Source: Octopus vulgaris
Taxonomy: Eukaryota
DNA: 64,000 nucleotides
Direction of reading: 5' to 3'
NCBI GenBank assembly: GCA_951406725.2
Contig: OX597820.1
Span: forward strand, 107,012,001 to 107,076,000
Both the position numbers and the translations under genes were made by a program. Positions 40,230-53,343 of this stretch are shown piece by piece. Within the stretch, counting starts at the first letter, position 1; every line of letters starts with the position of its first letter. The notes below the pieces were generated by a model that saw only the letters and a list, made by a program, of their open reading frames with translations, had not been told where the DNA came from and searched no databases.

Positions 40230-40525
40230 ATGGACTCTCCCGTTGATAGTCAATGTATGAGTGTTCCACAATTTCTTGCTGAACAAGCACACAAATGATT
40301 TGCTTTAGTGATCAAATGTTTGTGTTCATAAAAGCTCATTCCCTCCATCAAATGGACATTACCTGTACAGGTGCACCATGTGCCACATGTCAGATGATGA
40401 AATGATCGCAGAGCAATGTAAAATGAAGTGTTTTGCTCAAGAACACAATGCAATGCCTGGGAATCAAAACCACAACCTCACAATCGTGAGTACAACACCC
40501 TAACCACTAAGCCATGTGCCTCCAC
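40230..40525 (-). mobile_element. tRNA-derived SINE of a second family
   Basis: Head ggaggcacatggcttagtggttaggg...ttgattcccagg followed by gtgttcttgagcaaaacactt core. Confidence 0.7.
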
Positions 40526-41223
40526 ATACACACACACACACACACACATACATATCAAAAAATTGACTAAGACTAATTGTTCAGGGCAACATATCAAGAA
40601 TAATAAAAAAAAAAGCAAAAATTTCACAAACAATTCCTAATTTAATTCTGTTCTACAGCTGTTTCAACAAGGATACAAACTTCAACATTTAATTAATATA
40701 TAAAAATACATAATGAATTCAAATGTGTTGGATAGATTATTTAATCAAGAGCTTAAATTGAAATAGTGTGTGTGTGTCTAATATATGAAACAGGAAAGGG
40801 TTGGTGACGTAAAGGATTTTTAGAAAATTTCCCACGACAAATTTCCGAAGCATAGAAAAGTGCAATGTTAAAAATAATGATGATGAAGATCATTGAATTT
40901 ACTTCTATTCCTAATGTGTGTAGGGTGGGACATTTGCTACAGGCATGTTAAGTATTTCTAGACTGAAGTAATAGAGATAAGTAGATGTGGTTATATTCAG
41001 TTTAATTATTGATGGACATTAGGGAAAATATAGATAGGAAGACTGTTCAAGACAAATAGAATTTTTCTATGTATTGTAGCCATGTGTATAATTCAGTGAA
41101 AAACCACTTTTAAAGATTTGCTTGAACTATCTTATTTTATTTATCACTACTTTCCACAATTCATCTACAACACTTTGAAAGAAAGAAAGAATATATATTC
41201 TTAGATATAGCTATTTCACTTAC

Positions 41224-41359
41224 GATGTCTATCTCGAGTGTCTCTGTTTCCCATTCTAACATGTCAGCATCAATAGCAGAGTCACGGCTATGGTTGTGCC
41301 CAATGGAATTCAGTTGATATTTTCGTGTCTCTTTCTCTAAGAAGGCAACATGCTTCTCT
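41224..41359 (-). CDS. DLG5: DLG5 exon (EKHVAFLEKETRKYQLNSIGHNHSRDSAIDADMLEWETETLEIDI)
   Basis: Conserved DSAID..EWET motif before PDZ1; acceptor ttttatttcag, donor ATC|gtaagt. Confidence 0.92.
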
Positions 41360-42262
41360 CTGAAATAAAATTAAATTGCATTAGAGATAATAATATAAAA
41401 ATCAAATCAACTTAAATATCTACTGTCACTATCAAAAGTACACACCCACACATATGCATGTCATTTTAAATTATTAGCTCTTTACCTCATAAACAAGTCA
41501 TGGAAAATATCTGATAACTCAGTCAAAACATTGCTAAATAATATGTTACTAAGTATTAATGTTACAAATTTAAAAGTCATGTCAAATCTATACATATATG
41601 TCTGTCTTGTTTTAATATTATTGATAAACTTTGTATTTGTGTCTAGCACAGATATTCATTTCTGCTAAATCATTTTCAACAATAACAGTGTCACTACAAA
41701 AAAACAGAAAAATAAATACTTATCAAAGCATAAATACACGTACATACATGCCCAAGCAGAGATACACACACACACACACGCCTATATATATATATATATA
41801 TATATATGCATGCACAGGCATACACATTAAAATGGAAATCTATGTATGCATGTGGAGACCTGTATTTCTTCAAACATCGACACAAAAGCAACAACATTTA
41901 ATCTAGAAAGGAAGACTGCTTCACCTCAAACTAACTCATAAAATATTGTGCATGTATACATATATGCATTCATGCACACATATACAAATAGTTCAGTTAG
42001 GTATGTATACACACATACATACACTCATACATGTATACGCATTCACACACACAAATATATATGCTTCAATATGTGTGTGCATTTACACACACATATACAT
42101 ACAAGCATACATACATACACTTTATGCGCATATAGATATATACTCTCTCTCTCTCACACACACATACATACTGTTCAATTTTGAAAGCCAAACGTTTTTC
42201 CTATGAATAAAAAACAATGCAAAAGGACAATTGTTTCAAGACATGAACAAAGAAAATCTTAC

Positions 42263-42479
42263 TTGAGTTCCTTCAGTTGACGGTGGGCATCATTTTTCTG
42301 CTTTTTAAGTTCATCTGAATCCCGTAATGCCTGTGCCAAATCACTAACAGCACGATCACGGTCACGGCGGAGACTATCACATAAATTCTTTATACTCTCA
42401 CGTTCTTGAACAATCTTGCTACGTTCCCCAAAAGCCCAGTCACGGCGTTTCTTAGCCAACTCTGCTTCCTGAAGTGCAT
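42263..42479 (-). CDS. DLG5: DLG5 exon, conserved end of coiled coil (DALQEAELAKKRRDWAF...RQLKEL)
   Basis: Strong DLG5 signature peptide; acceptor attttaaaag, donor AA|gtaag. Confidence 0.94.
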
Positions 42480-42492
42480 CTTTTAAAATAGA

Positions 42493-42935
42493 CAATGAAG
42501 GATAGAGTGGTTAAATAGCCAAACTTGCTATCTTCAATTCAGTTATTGTGCCTATCCTCACCTATGGTCATAAATGTTGGGTAATGACAGAAAGAGTATG
42601 ATCACAAATACATGGGGCTCTTCCAAAGGATCTCTGGAGTAAGTTTACTTGACAAGGTGTGTAACTTGGAGATCAGGGAGTCTCTCCATGTCAAGCCACA
42701 ACTTCACCACATTGAGAGATCATGACTCCAGTACTATGGACAGGTGATAAGAATGTCACAGGAAAGAATTGCAAGATGAATTCTTCAAGCTCTACTGACC
42801 AGCAGGTGACCTAGGTGTAGACCAAGAACAAGATGGTTGCTTCTGACAGGACCCTATAGAGGAGGTGCCTAAGGTCTCTACACCATCAACCTTCTTACAA
42901 ATAGTGGGCAGAGAAGATGGATGGATGGATGGTTA
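42493..42935 (+). mobile_element. RTE (Expander/Rex3-like) 3' fragment with (GGAT)n tail and 12-bp TSD
   Basis: KLAIFNSVIVPILTYGHKCWVMTERV peptide; TSD ttttaaaataga (42481-42492) / ttttataataga (42936-42947). Confidence 0.75.
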
Positions 42936-43099
42936 TTTTATAATAGAATATTTTAAAGGTGAGTTGCATGTAGTGATACAGTGGAGAATATTATCAAAGA
43001 TGAGCAAGAAGATGACTTATTAAAGTAAGTATGGTGAGAGTTATTAGGAAGTAAAGAATTAGAACAATAAAAAATAAGCACTGTATGTATGCATATATA

Positions 43100-44070
43100 T
43101 GCACAACTGGTCCATTCTCCCAATTTCCTCAAGACATCCACCTCACCCAGCATGTTTAAATTCTTCTTTGATACCATTTATTTTTCTTACTACCAAGAAC
43201 CATTTCACTTAGCCACCCTTCATCCATAAATACTGTTCTCTCCACCCATACTTTCATTGATCAGTCCCAACCACCATATTACCTCCCCTCCTCCACCACT
43301 GTACACCTCTCACTCTTCTCATATACTAGACTTACCTCTCTCTTCTCTTCCACACTCCTACATGTACCCAACCACATCTCATCTCTCTTTCTCTCTCTCT
43401 TTCCTCTCCTGTTTACTGTATCATCATCACTACTTTGCTGCTCCCTCTCTTTTTCTGCACTGTCAGTCATCCTACTTGCTCTTACCTTGTCCAACATAGG
43501 CACCATTGGCCATACTTCACCCCTTATTTACCCTCAAGCCTACATAATCTTTACAGTTGTCACCCATGTCCCATTTCTTTCACCCATTCTCCATCTCTCA
43601 CTATCCAGCATACACTCCTGCAACCTCTACCCACCCACACTCCTGGTTCCTTTATATCCATTCGCTTCTACTAACCTTGTACTATGAGGGTCCACTCAGA
43701 CACCTTATCACCATTACTATTTTTTATCTCTTTCCAGCTCCAACCCAAACACATTGCACCCTTTCTTCAAAAATGTGAGCAGTCATAAGCCCCTCTACTG
43801 TAAGAAACCTATTCTACTCTGGCTCCTTCTCTCACATCCCTCATCTAGTATAAAGCTACCCCCTTGGAGATTATAGTTTTGCAAGTTGCATGGGAACATC
43901 ATTGGTGGCATAAAAAACAGCACCCAGTACATTCTGTAAAGTGGTTGGTATTAGGAAGGACATCCCAACTATGGGACAAAGCAGACAATGGAGTATGATA
44001 GAGTCTTTGGACCTGCCCAATCCTGTCAAACCATCCAACCCTTACCATGGATATTAAATGATGAAGATAA
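43100..44070 (+). mobile_element. Pyrimidine-rich RTE 3' UTR remnant ending in the RTE tail
   Basis: CT-rich tract then gtaaagtggttggtattaggaaggacatcc...ttaaatgatga; same layout as the 3' part of the minus-strand LINE at 57795-58740. Confidence 0.55.
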
Positions 44071-44476
44071 TTATGAGAATAGTCTTATGAGAATGGAGAC
44101 AAAGAACAATAATTAAAGATAGAATCGGGGATTAGTGTACTCCAAGTGTATGATAATTAAAATTGTGTAGTTGGAATAAAATGAGGGAGTGGGGACATAA
44201 CAAGCAACTGGTAGTAAAAGGATAACATTTAGCAGTGCCCCAGCATGGCCAGGAAGAAGTAAATGTAACACTAGGACAGAGCTGATTACCTCTGATTAAT
44301 ACAAAAATTAGTCCTGTATGAAATTAAAATTAATCATTATTTCATTTAATTAGTTGAGTTTTTTTCAGTTAGCAACCGAGATACTGAATTCAAGACCTGC
44401 ACCCCTAAATAAACCTTATTACAGAAACAACACCTAGCAGTAAAGCAATATCGGTTCAAGTCACTTCACTGGGTTA

Positions 44477-45053
44477 TCTATATACTACAAAAACTCTGCG
44501 ATTGCTTGCTCGCATGTGTGCGTGCTTGTCTGTAATTTAATATAGCCAAACCAGTGCATAATGGGAAAATACTCTGAAAGTAACATGCCCCGAAAATGTG
44601 AATACAAACAGAATAAAACAAGTTTCGTGAAGACTGAACCATGGATTCCTGAGATATGCGGTTTTCATAAATAGTCAAAATGGCACACAGTGGGAAAATA
44701 CTCTGAAAGTAACATAACTCTGAAATGGGAATATATAATGCTGTGAAAATTGTTTCCATTAATTTTATGTTTATGTTATTGAACAATTACTTTTGCATTT
44801 TTGTGGAAGTGTGTACATATGCCATAAATAAATGCTGTTACTGGAGTTCAAGTTTATCCTGGAAGTTCTATTTCTATTAGATGCTGTAAATAACCAATAA
44901 AATCTTAAATATGATCTTGTAAACCAGACCTGTGATGACACGAATGAATTGAAATATTTAACTGCATCATCATAAAATTAACTTCATTTCAATGCAATGT
45001 TGAAATCAGCTTCACTGAACCGTCAGTGACCCAACAGGTCAGAGATAGTCTAG
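44477..45053 (+). mobile_element. Non-autonomous Helitron
   Basis: A|TCtatatactac start; hairpin tgacc-caaca-ggtca (45027-45041) then CTAG|T; internal 25-bp direct repeat tgggaaaatactctgaaagtaacat at 44562 and 44691. Confidence 0.7.
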
Positions 45054-45583
45054 TATAGTATCACCTTCATTTTAAGACTACTATGAAATAGTGACAAAAC
45101 AATGAAATGTACTTTGCTAACAACAAAATGAGAAAAAATAGAGCTATTAATTGAATTGAATAAATTGTGTACCACAAAGAAAACTGCAGATCAATAATTA
45201 GCTTAGCATTAGGAATACACGTAAAATATATTAGCCAAGTGGATAGACTTCTAATCAACTTTAACATTTATTAAAAGATTAAAAGTTATTGAGTACTTAA
45301 CAAATACATTATATTCTTTAGAACCCAACTGCAATTCATATTAGGAAAAACGATTTATATGCATATATATTAGCACTTGAGAAACATTTATTATATTTGC
45401 AGAGGCATGACTAACAAGTGCAGGTATAGCTAATAGGTGCAGCCATGGCTATGTAATTGAGAAATTCACTTCCTAACTACAATTTCAAGCTGTTCCACAA
45501 CATGGCACCTTAGGTAAGCTCTGGGCTGACTAAAGCCTTGTAGATGGATTTGTAGATGGAAACTGAAAGAAAACTGAAACATA

Positions 45584-46790
45584 CAGGGGTTGGACAAAAT
45601 AATGGAAACACCAAGCATCATAGTATCATAATTTTGAAATATCTATAAAATCGTCAAAAGCTTGTTTATTTTTATGTTTTTTTGATTTATTATTAGATTT
45701 ATTATTAGTGTTGCTTAATATGTTTTACTAAAATTGTTGTTTCTTTTCAGATATCATCAGAAAAAGGTAATTAAAATTCATTAAAATGACAGATCTATCG
45801 AACTTTCAAAGAGGTCAAATTGTTGGTGCTTGTATGGCAGGTGCTAGTGTAACGAAAACAGCTGAAATGTTTGATGTATCAAGAAGTACTGTCTCAAAAG
45901 TAATGACAACCTTTGAGAAAGAGGGAAAAACCTCCTTGTTGAAACAAAACTCCGGAAGAAAACCAAAACTTTCAGATAGGGACCGTTGGACTCTTACACG
46001 AATTATTAGAAAGGATCACAAAAGCACAGCTCCCAAAATTACTGGAGAGCTTAATGACCACCTCGAGAACCCAGTTTCCACAAAAACTGTTCGCCAGGAG
46101 CTGCACAAAGCTGGATTTCCCAGGAGGGCTGCAATCAGAAAACCACCACTTTTAAAAACAAACATTGCAAAGCGATTAGAGTAGAGTGGAGTGAAAACCT
46201 ACAGAATTGGTCCCTAGAGCAGTGGAAGAATGTTATTTTCTGGGACGAGTCATCCTTTATCTTATTTCTGACCACCGGCCGAGTATACATGTGGAGACAG
46301 CCAAAAGAAGAATTGGACCCAGACTACCTTCTTCCAGCTGTTAAACATGGAGGAGGATCTGTGATGATCTGGGGGGCTATATCTTCGAAATCTGCCAGCC
46401 CAATGGTTTCCTTTCATGGCAGAATTAATAGTGAAGACTATTTAAGCATTTTATTTGATCAAATTCATCCTATAGTTGCGGAACTGCTTTCGGAGGGAAA
46501 CGCCATCTTTCAGGATGATAATGCACCAATTCACACAGCTAAAGTTGGTACTGAATGGCACGAGGAACATTCTAGTAAAGTTGAATGTCTTATCTGGCCA
46601 CCACAGTCCCCAGATCTCAATATTATTGAAAATTTATGGTGCATTTTAGAAAAACAAGTAAGGAGTCAATATCTTCCACCATCATCACTACAAGAACTGG
46701 AGACTGTTTAGCAGAAGAATGGACAAAAATTCCTTTGAAAACAATTCAAACTTTGTATGAGTCCATACAAACTTCGTACGAGTCCATATA
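45584..46790 (+). mobile_element. Tc1-like transposon with DD36E transposase (45786 to ~46770), two frameshifts, 3' end missing
   Basis: TA|caggggttggacaaaataatggaaacacc left TIR; paired-like HTH, SGRKPKL, VIFWDES, FQDDNAPIH and SPDLNIIENLW motifs. Confidence 0.92.
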
Positions 46791-47494
46791 CACTGATACG
46801 TGTGTGTGTGCATGCATGTGCATATGTATTTTACGTTTAGTTTATTTCTAAGGAAGTGGCAATGTACGGATGGTGGAGTTGTCAGTTCTGCTAACAAATT
46901 ATCCACTCTGTAAGTTCAATACTGTGTGGAGTTAAAAATCCCTAACTTGAAAAACAGGTAAAGGTCAGTGACAGGAAGAGCATCTGGCTGTAAAACAATG
47001 TCTCAATAACATATGTGTCTAACCAACGTAAATATGGAAAACAGCCATGAAAATAAAAGAAAGGAGTTGCTTTTGCAAATTATGAAAGACTGATTAATCA
47101 TTAAGCATGATTAAACACGTTGATTATAATTGATGTTAATTTCAGTAAATACTTTCATAATGGCATTAAGGTTGCAAAAAGTTTCTTTCATGATATTCAA
47201 TTTGCAGAAAATATTAATATCAAATGACAAAAGGTGTCCATATACTTTCCTTCTATCAAATTCCACAATATCACAAAGTTAATCTGAAGCTGTAGCAGTC
47301 ACCTGCCCAAACGCCAAGTGGTCCACATGTAGGGACGACAATAACTAGAGCTATGACTCTTTCGTCTACATTTTAACTAGTTTATCAAAATCTTAACAAT
47401 TGAACAAATGAACTGGTCCAAACAGAGTTGATTCATACCATACTATAAAAAGCATACATGTAGACTAATTGCAGATGAATCAAAACAGCATAGG

Positions 47495-47895
47495 TGGAGG
47501 CATGGCTGTATGGTAAGAAGCTGTTAAGGCAATGTCGACTTGATGGAGAGAGTGGGCTAATATGTGGCATGAACATTTGATCATTATAAACAAATCATTT
47601 GTGCAGGTTGTTTGGCAAAAAGCTGAACGCTCATATGTCATCTTTGACAGGAGAGTATATATATTTGTGTGCGCGTGTGTGTGTGTGTGTGCTTATCCCC
47701 TATTACTACAACCATTGTTGTTGTGCTTACATTTTTTATTACTTAGCAGTTCGGCAAAAAAGATCGATAGAATAAGAACAAGGCTTAAAATAAAAGTACT
47801 GGGGTTGATTCATTCAACTAAAAAACAAATTCTTCAAATCAGTACCCCAGCATGGCCACAGTCTAATGACTGAAACAAATAAAAAGATAAAAAAA
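47495..47895 (+). mobile_element. Chimeric SINE copy
   Basis: Short head of the main SINE, a middle segment matching the 3' part of the 40230-40525 family, then the aaaagat-type tail. Confidence 0.55.
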
Positions 47896-49137
47896 AAAAA
47901 CAAATTTCATGTGTATTTTGCTAAACTAGATGACAAACTTAACTCTTTTGATACCAATCCACTTGAGACTACACACCCTTGTGTCTGATACAAATATTCT
48001 GCTTTAAAGTTATCTAAATTTAAACCTTCCATCAAAATTTCATGTTAATTTATTTTCCAAACACCTGATTTCTGTCATAATTTTGTGTTTTATTCTGAGT
48101 ACTGTGCATGCATTTTTGGATATTATTATTGTCTTTCTCTACTTGATTTATTGCTTTCTCTCTTTGTATTTACCCTTTCCCAATAGTACTACATACAAGT
48201 TTATTTTTATTATTGAGTGAGCAGTGCATGCCATCAAAGTGGTAAAAATATACGAAGCTCAGTATACCCATCATGACAACCCATCTGATAAGGGTACACC
48301 AAGCACATGCATCACAACCATATATGTGCAACATGGTGATCTCATATCAAGATAAACAGCACATGACCTTGCAGGTGGAGCCTAGTTAAAATTTTCTTCA
48401 GGTCAAGTAACCCACACCACTCAAAAGGACCTTGCATAAGGGTTGTTTAAGGATGTTGAACGATACACTCTTGTTTCCAGAGATGAATTATTCAAACTCC
48501 AAAGAATTTCTCTCAACACATGACTATGATGCTCCCCCACTACTTCTGCTTGTGATCAGAAATGCACATATTGTCAGCCACCAAGGTCAACTGGTTATGG
48601 TCACACAGCTGACAAGCAAATCTGTGGTATTGAGCAGAATATTTGCTGTAGCCCATCTTTTATACCAAGACAAAATATGTACATGATAACACTTCCAATT
48701 AGTTAAGATCAGAAGCCATGAGAGCTGGTGCCTATCATTATTATGAGTACTTACACTTGTTTTATCAAGTCCAGTAGGACTGTGAACACAGGAACAAAAA
48801 AATGACTAAACTAGAAACTCTAATTCTCAATACTGTAAATGAAATTCACTTACTACTTCCACACTCTTATACATACAATAAGCTGCACCTTTATAAGGAA
48901 ACTATTTACATTCTCTTCATGAACTGAGCCAATGAACATTAAGCCTTTCCTTACTTATTCTAAATGACACCCTTTATATTTCCTGGGAGTTTGTACAAGA
49001 AAGAGACCAGATTTTTTTCTCAGTGTACTGAATGACATTATACATAACAATGTTTCATATAATGTTTCATGTTACCGGTTAGAATCAAATCAAGCATATT
49101 AACAGAGAAGGCTATTTATAAACAAAGATTTCAAGAT

Positions 49138-49303
49138 AGGCGCAGGAGTGGCTGTGTGGTAAGTAGCTTGTTTACTAACCACATGGTTCCGGGTTCAGTC
49201 CCACTGCGTGGCACCTTGGGTAAGTGTCTTCTACTATAGCCTTGGGCCGACCAAAGCCTTGTGAGTGGATTTGGTAGACGGAAACTGAAAGAAGCCTGTC
49301 GTA

Positions 49304-49344
<41 letters not shown>

Positions 49345-49567
49345 ATGTGTTTGTGTGTCTGTGTTTGTCCCCCTAGCATTGCTTGACAACCGATGCTGGT
49401 GTGTTTACGTCCCCGTCACTTAGCGGTTCGGCAAAAGAGACCGATAAAATAAGTACTGGGCTTACAAAAGAATAAGTCCAGGGGTCAATTTGCTCGATTA
49501 AAGGCGGTGCTCCAGCATGGCCGCAGTCAAATGACTGAAACAAGTAAAAGAGTAAAAGAGTAAGAGT
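49138..49567 (+). mobile_element. Full-length, young tRNA-derived SINE
   Basis: Intact A/B boxes, retains CpGs, (aaagagt)n tail, closely matches 52800-53192. Confidence 0.9.
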
Positions 49568-51589
49568 ATATCAACAATAAAATATTCAAAACAATACTAA
49601 GCTAATTATGTTTTTTTTATTAAAATTCATTCAACTGAGGAAATGCCCAATTCATGATCTGAAGTATTACAGGAGGATAATAAATTATGCCAGCGTGGTT
49701 GATAAGATATTCATGTAGTTTAGTTTGTAATCTTATTCTTTGTTACTGTTTGTTCATTGAGATTTGCCGTTATTTAGTTCATCGCATATACTTTTTTGTC
49801 CCCATCTGCCTTGCTTTGTACTAAACCAACACTTTACCCAATTTGTTCAGCTAATTCTTACCATTCACTGATCTCCTCCTAACCTGAACACAAACAAGAT
49901 CATTTCTATACAGATGGATGCTTACATGTGAAACAGTGCACAGTTTATAATCTTATTCAACCTATAAATCTGCATATTTATAAACAGGCTGTTATTATTA
50001 TCAGAAGAAAAGAGCTAAGTATACACTGTGAGCAAGAACCAGCAGCTTCACATCAGTACCAACTAATCACTGCTGAAGAAGTTGCAGAATGTAAAAAAAA
50101 GAAAAAGGAAAAAAAAGGCTTTATCTTTTTCTATCAGACAAGAAAGAAAAACAAATATCAATCCTTTAGCATTCAAATATAATACTTATTTATTCACATT
50201 ATTTTGAATCAATCATGCACAATCTTGTACCTTTGAAATTTTAATGGTGTAATTGTTTATTTTTAGAGTGACATTGTAGGGTAGGTGTAAGAGCACTGAT
50301 CTGATTGGTTAGAACATAATATAGGCAGGCTATTTGCGATGGACAAGAGTGGTTTAAATTGTAAAGAATTAAACTATGTACTAAATATCTTGCTCTGTTA
50401 GACTGTACTGAATTCTTGATACAGAGAAGGAAGTTGTATGTCTTTATGTCCATACTTTTCAGTTTCTTTTTCCCTTTTTTCTCATCACTTATAAAAATAT
50501 ATCTATTTCTCATATTTATGTTTGTTAAATGAGACAAATTAGTATCAAATCATAAACAGAAGTTGAAGTATTTGAAAGAAGAACCATTCTAAACACAAAG
50601 CACAATTTTTTATTTGTTTGTTTTTCACCTATTTTTCCATGTTTGCATGAGGTCAACGAATGTTATTCAAGGTATTGCTTTATAGCCAAGGTACCCTTTC
50701 TGATGTTAATCTTTACCTGTTTCTTAAGTCTAGTTTCTCTTACTTCACATGGCTTTGAAGGCATGAAGTGACTTGACAATTTGTTGACAGAAGAAATGAA
50801 AAACAACACTACTTTTATACAAGCTATCAGATGTAAACAAACACAAATACACACATACAAAGGCACACAAGACAGTCTTCTCTTAGTTTCTGTCTACTAA
50901 ATTCATTCACAAGGTTTAGGTCCGATCAAGGTGCAGCACAGAGGGACTGAACCTAAAACCACATAGTTGGGAAATGAACTTCTCAATCATAACTGTGCTT
51001 TAGACTTTGAGACATAAAGCAAAAATCTCAAATACTCATATATTAACTTCACTACATTCAATTGTTTACAGTACAGGTCAAAGTCAACTTAATGCCATAA
51101 TCTTAGAAATACACAGTGCTTTGTAAGTCAAACATATACTATAGTGTGTAGGTATAAATGTTTTAGAAAAGCTATTGAATTTTCTAAAATTAAAAATTAA
51201 ATTAACAAATAAGATAAATGGAAGTAGTATATGTGATTCAAGAATACCAGAATTAGTTCAAATGGCCTGAGGGAATGAAATAGTTACTTCAAAAGGAAAA
51301 TATAAACCCAGTTGTGCAACATGAAAACTGAAAATAAATAAGATTTACAAATGAGATCTAATCAAAAAGTATTGGAGCTGTTGCTACGGTAACTGAGCTA
51401 AAGTATGCAGAGGGAAGCTGCCTGGCACAGATTGACCTGGAACTCTGTCATGAGTGCACATTAAGTTATAACGTTCTTGCTCACTTCCATTATTTATAGC
51501 AGTTCTTGGAAATAAAGTGTGTAGAGTGTAGTTGTCTTGAAATGATTAGGCTTCAACTACATAGGGTCTCCTCAATTGTGATATCAAGG

Positions 51590-51794
51590 AAGTCCTAGAG
51601 AATGCAACAAGGTAGCTGCTCACTATCCTCAAAAAGGAGTTCCAGGAATGGTTCCATCGGTGGAAACAATGTTGAATAAAGTGAGTGGTTTCAGAAGTAG
51701 ACTACTTCAGAGGAGATTAAATACCAAATTCATATATGCGTTGCAATTTTCTTTTTATAGCAACAGTACCAATACTTTTACACAAGACCTTGTA
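51590..51794 (+). mobile_element. mariner 3' terminal fragment
   Basis: KKEFQEWFHRWKQC...DYFRGD* C-terminus followed by TIR-like end acaagaccttg|TA. Confidence 0.6.
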
Positions 51795-52346
51795 TTTAAT
51801 CAATGTAATCTCTTATGCTCTTAAGTTGGCTCACAGTTGCAAGAACACTAGTAGTTGATAGTATCAAGTTCAAAGGGTAGAATTTTGCAGGACAAATATT
51901 ATTTAGGTTACATTAGTATTTCATTCTACGAGGAACAATAAAACTAAGTTTCACTTTTACACGAACCAATTAATTAAAAGGATAGAATGACAGGTGTTGG
52001 TGTGCAAAACTAAATGGATATTTGCCATGGAAGTTGAACAGTTCATAATTATCAAGTTCAAAAAAAACATTATCATTAAAAATTTGTTCAAAAGACACAT
52101 TGTCAGAAGTGATCCACTACTTTAATAATGGTTAAGATGCTGATCAATGGATTTAATAGATTATATACAGTATACTCAAACTTTAGATACATAAAAATAG
52201 AAAATGAAAAACCTAGATATTATACAAACATAAAAAAAACATTAAAATAATGGGTAAAATCCTACATTTCTGAAATTTAAATAATTCCAACTGTTAATTT
52301 CTATTTGCGGATTTAGAAGCAATAAATAGACAAATTAACTGTAAGT

Positions 52347-52702
52347 ATACTCTTTTACTCTTTTACTTGTTTCAGTCATTTGCCTGCAGCCATGCTGGAG
52401 CACCACCTTTAGTCGAGCAAATTGACCCCATTACTTATTCTTTGTAAGCCTAGTGCTTATTCTATCAATCTCTTATGCTGAACTGCTAAGTTACGGGGAC
52501 GTAAACACACCACCATCAGTTGTCAAGCAATGTTGGGGGGGGGGACAAACATAGACACACACATATAATATATATTTACGATGGGCTTCTTTCAGTTTCC
52601 ATCTACCAAATTCCACTCCAAGGTGCCATGCAGTGGGAATGAACCTGGAACCATGTGGTTGGTAAGCAAGCTACTTACCACACAGCCACTCCTGCACCTG
52701 TA
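52347..52702 (-). mobile_element. tRNA-derived SINE, inverted partner of 52800-53192
   Basis: Reverse complement of the main SINE family with an internal deletion. Confidence 0.88.
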
Positions 52703-52799
52703 TGAATCTCTAGTCATATGTCTATTTTTTCTTCCACATGCAATATATAAATCTTGCATTCTATTGATGCCATTTAGTATTTCATAATCATTTGAAATA

Positions 52800-53192
52800 T
52801 AGGCGCAGAAGTGGCTGTGTGGTAAGTAGCTTGCTAACCAGTCACATGGTTCCGGGTTCAGTCCCACTGCGTGGCATCTTGGGCAAGTGTCTTCTGCTAT
52901 AGCCCCGGGCCGACCAATGCCTTGTGAGTGGATTTGGTAGACGGAAACTGAAAGAAGCCTGTCGTATATATGTATATATATATAAGTGTGTGTGTATATG
53001 TTTGTGTGTCTGTGTTTGTCCCCCTAGCATTGCTTGACAACCGATGCTGGTGTGTTTACGTCCCCAAGAGACCAATAGAATAAGTACTGGGCTTACAAAG
53101 AACAAGTCCCGGGGTCAATTTGCTCGACTAAAGGTGGTGCTCCAGAATGGCTGCAGTCAAATAACTGAAACAAGTAAAAGAGTAAAAGAGTA
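52800..53192 (+). mobile_element. tRNA-derived SINE, young copy
   Basis: Matches 49138-49567 apart from a short deletion. Confidence 0.9.
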
Positions 53193-53343
53193 TAGGTGTT
53201 AGCTATTGAAGTAGGGGGGGGGGGTTCTATAAACTATAGGCTATCTTCTGCTCGTATCAGTGATTCATTATGAAAAAGAAATAATTAATAGAAAGCAATC
53301 TATTTTGAATGATAACAATATTAGAACTGCATGCCAGACTTAC

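Noticed and set aside
48225-48735. Compositionally distinct block as a possible exon or ncRNA
   Set aside because: No DLG5-compatible frame or splice pair noticed and the flanking exons already join in phase; probably an unclassified dispersed repeat that cannot be supported from this window alone.
49138-49215. tRNA gene
   Set aside because: tRNA-like A/B boxes belong to a SINE head that continues into the SINE body; no complete cloverleaf seen.
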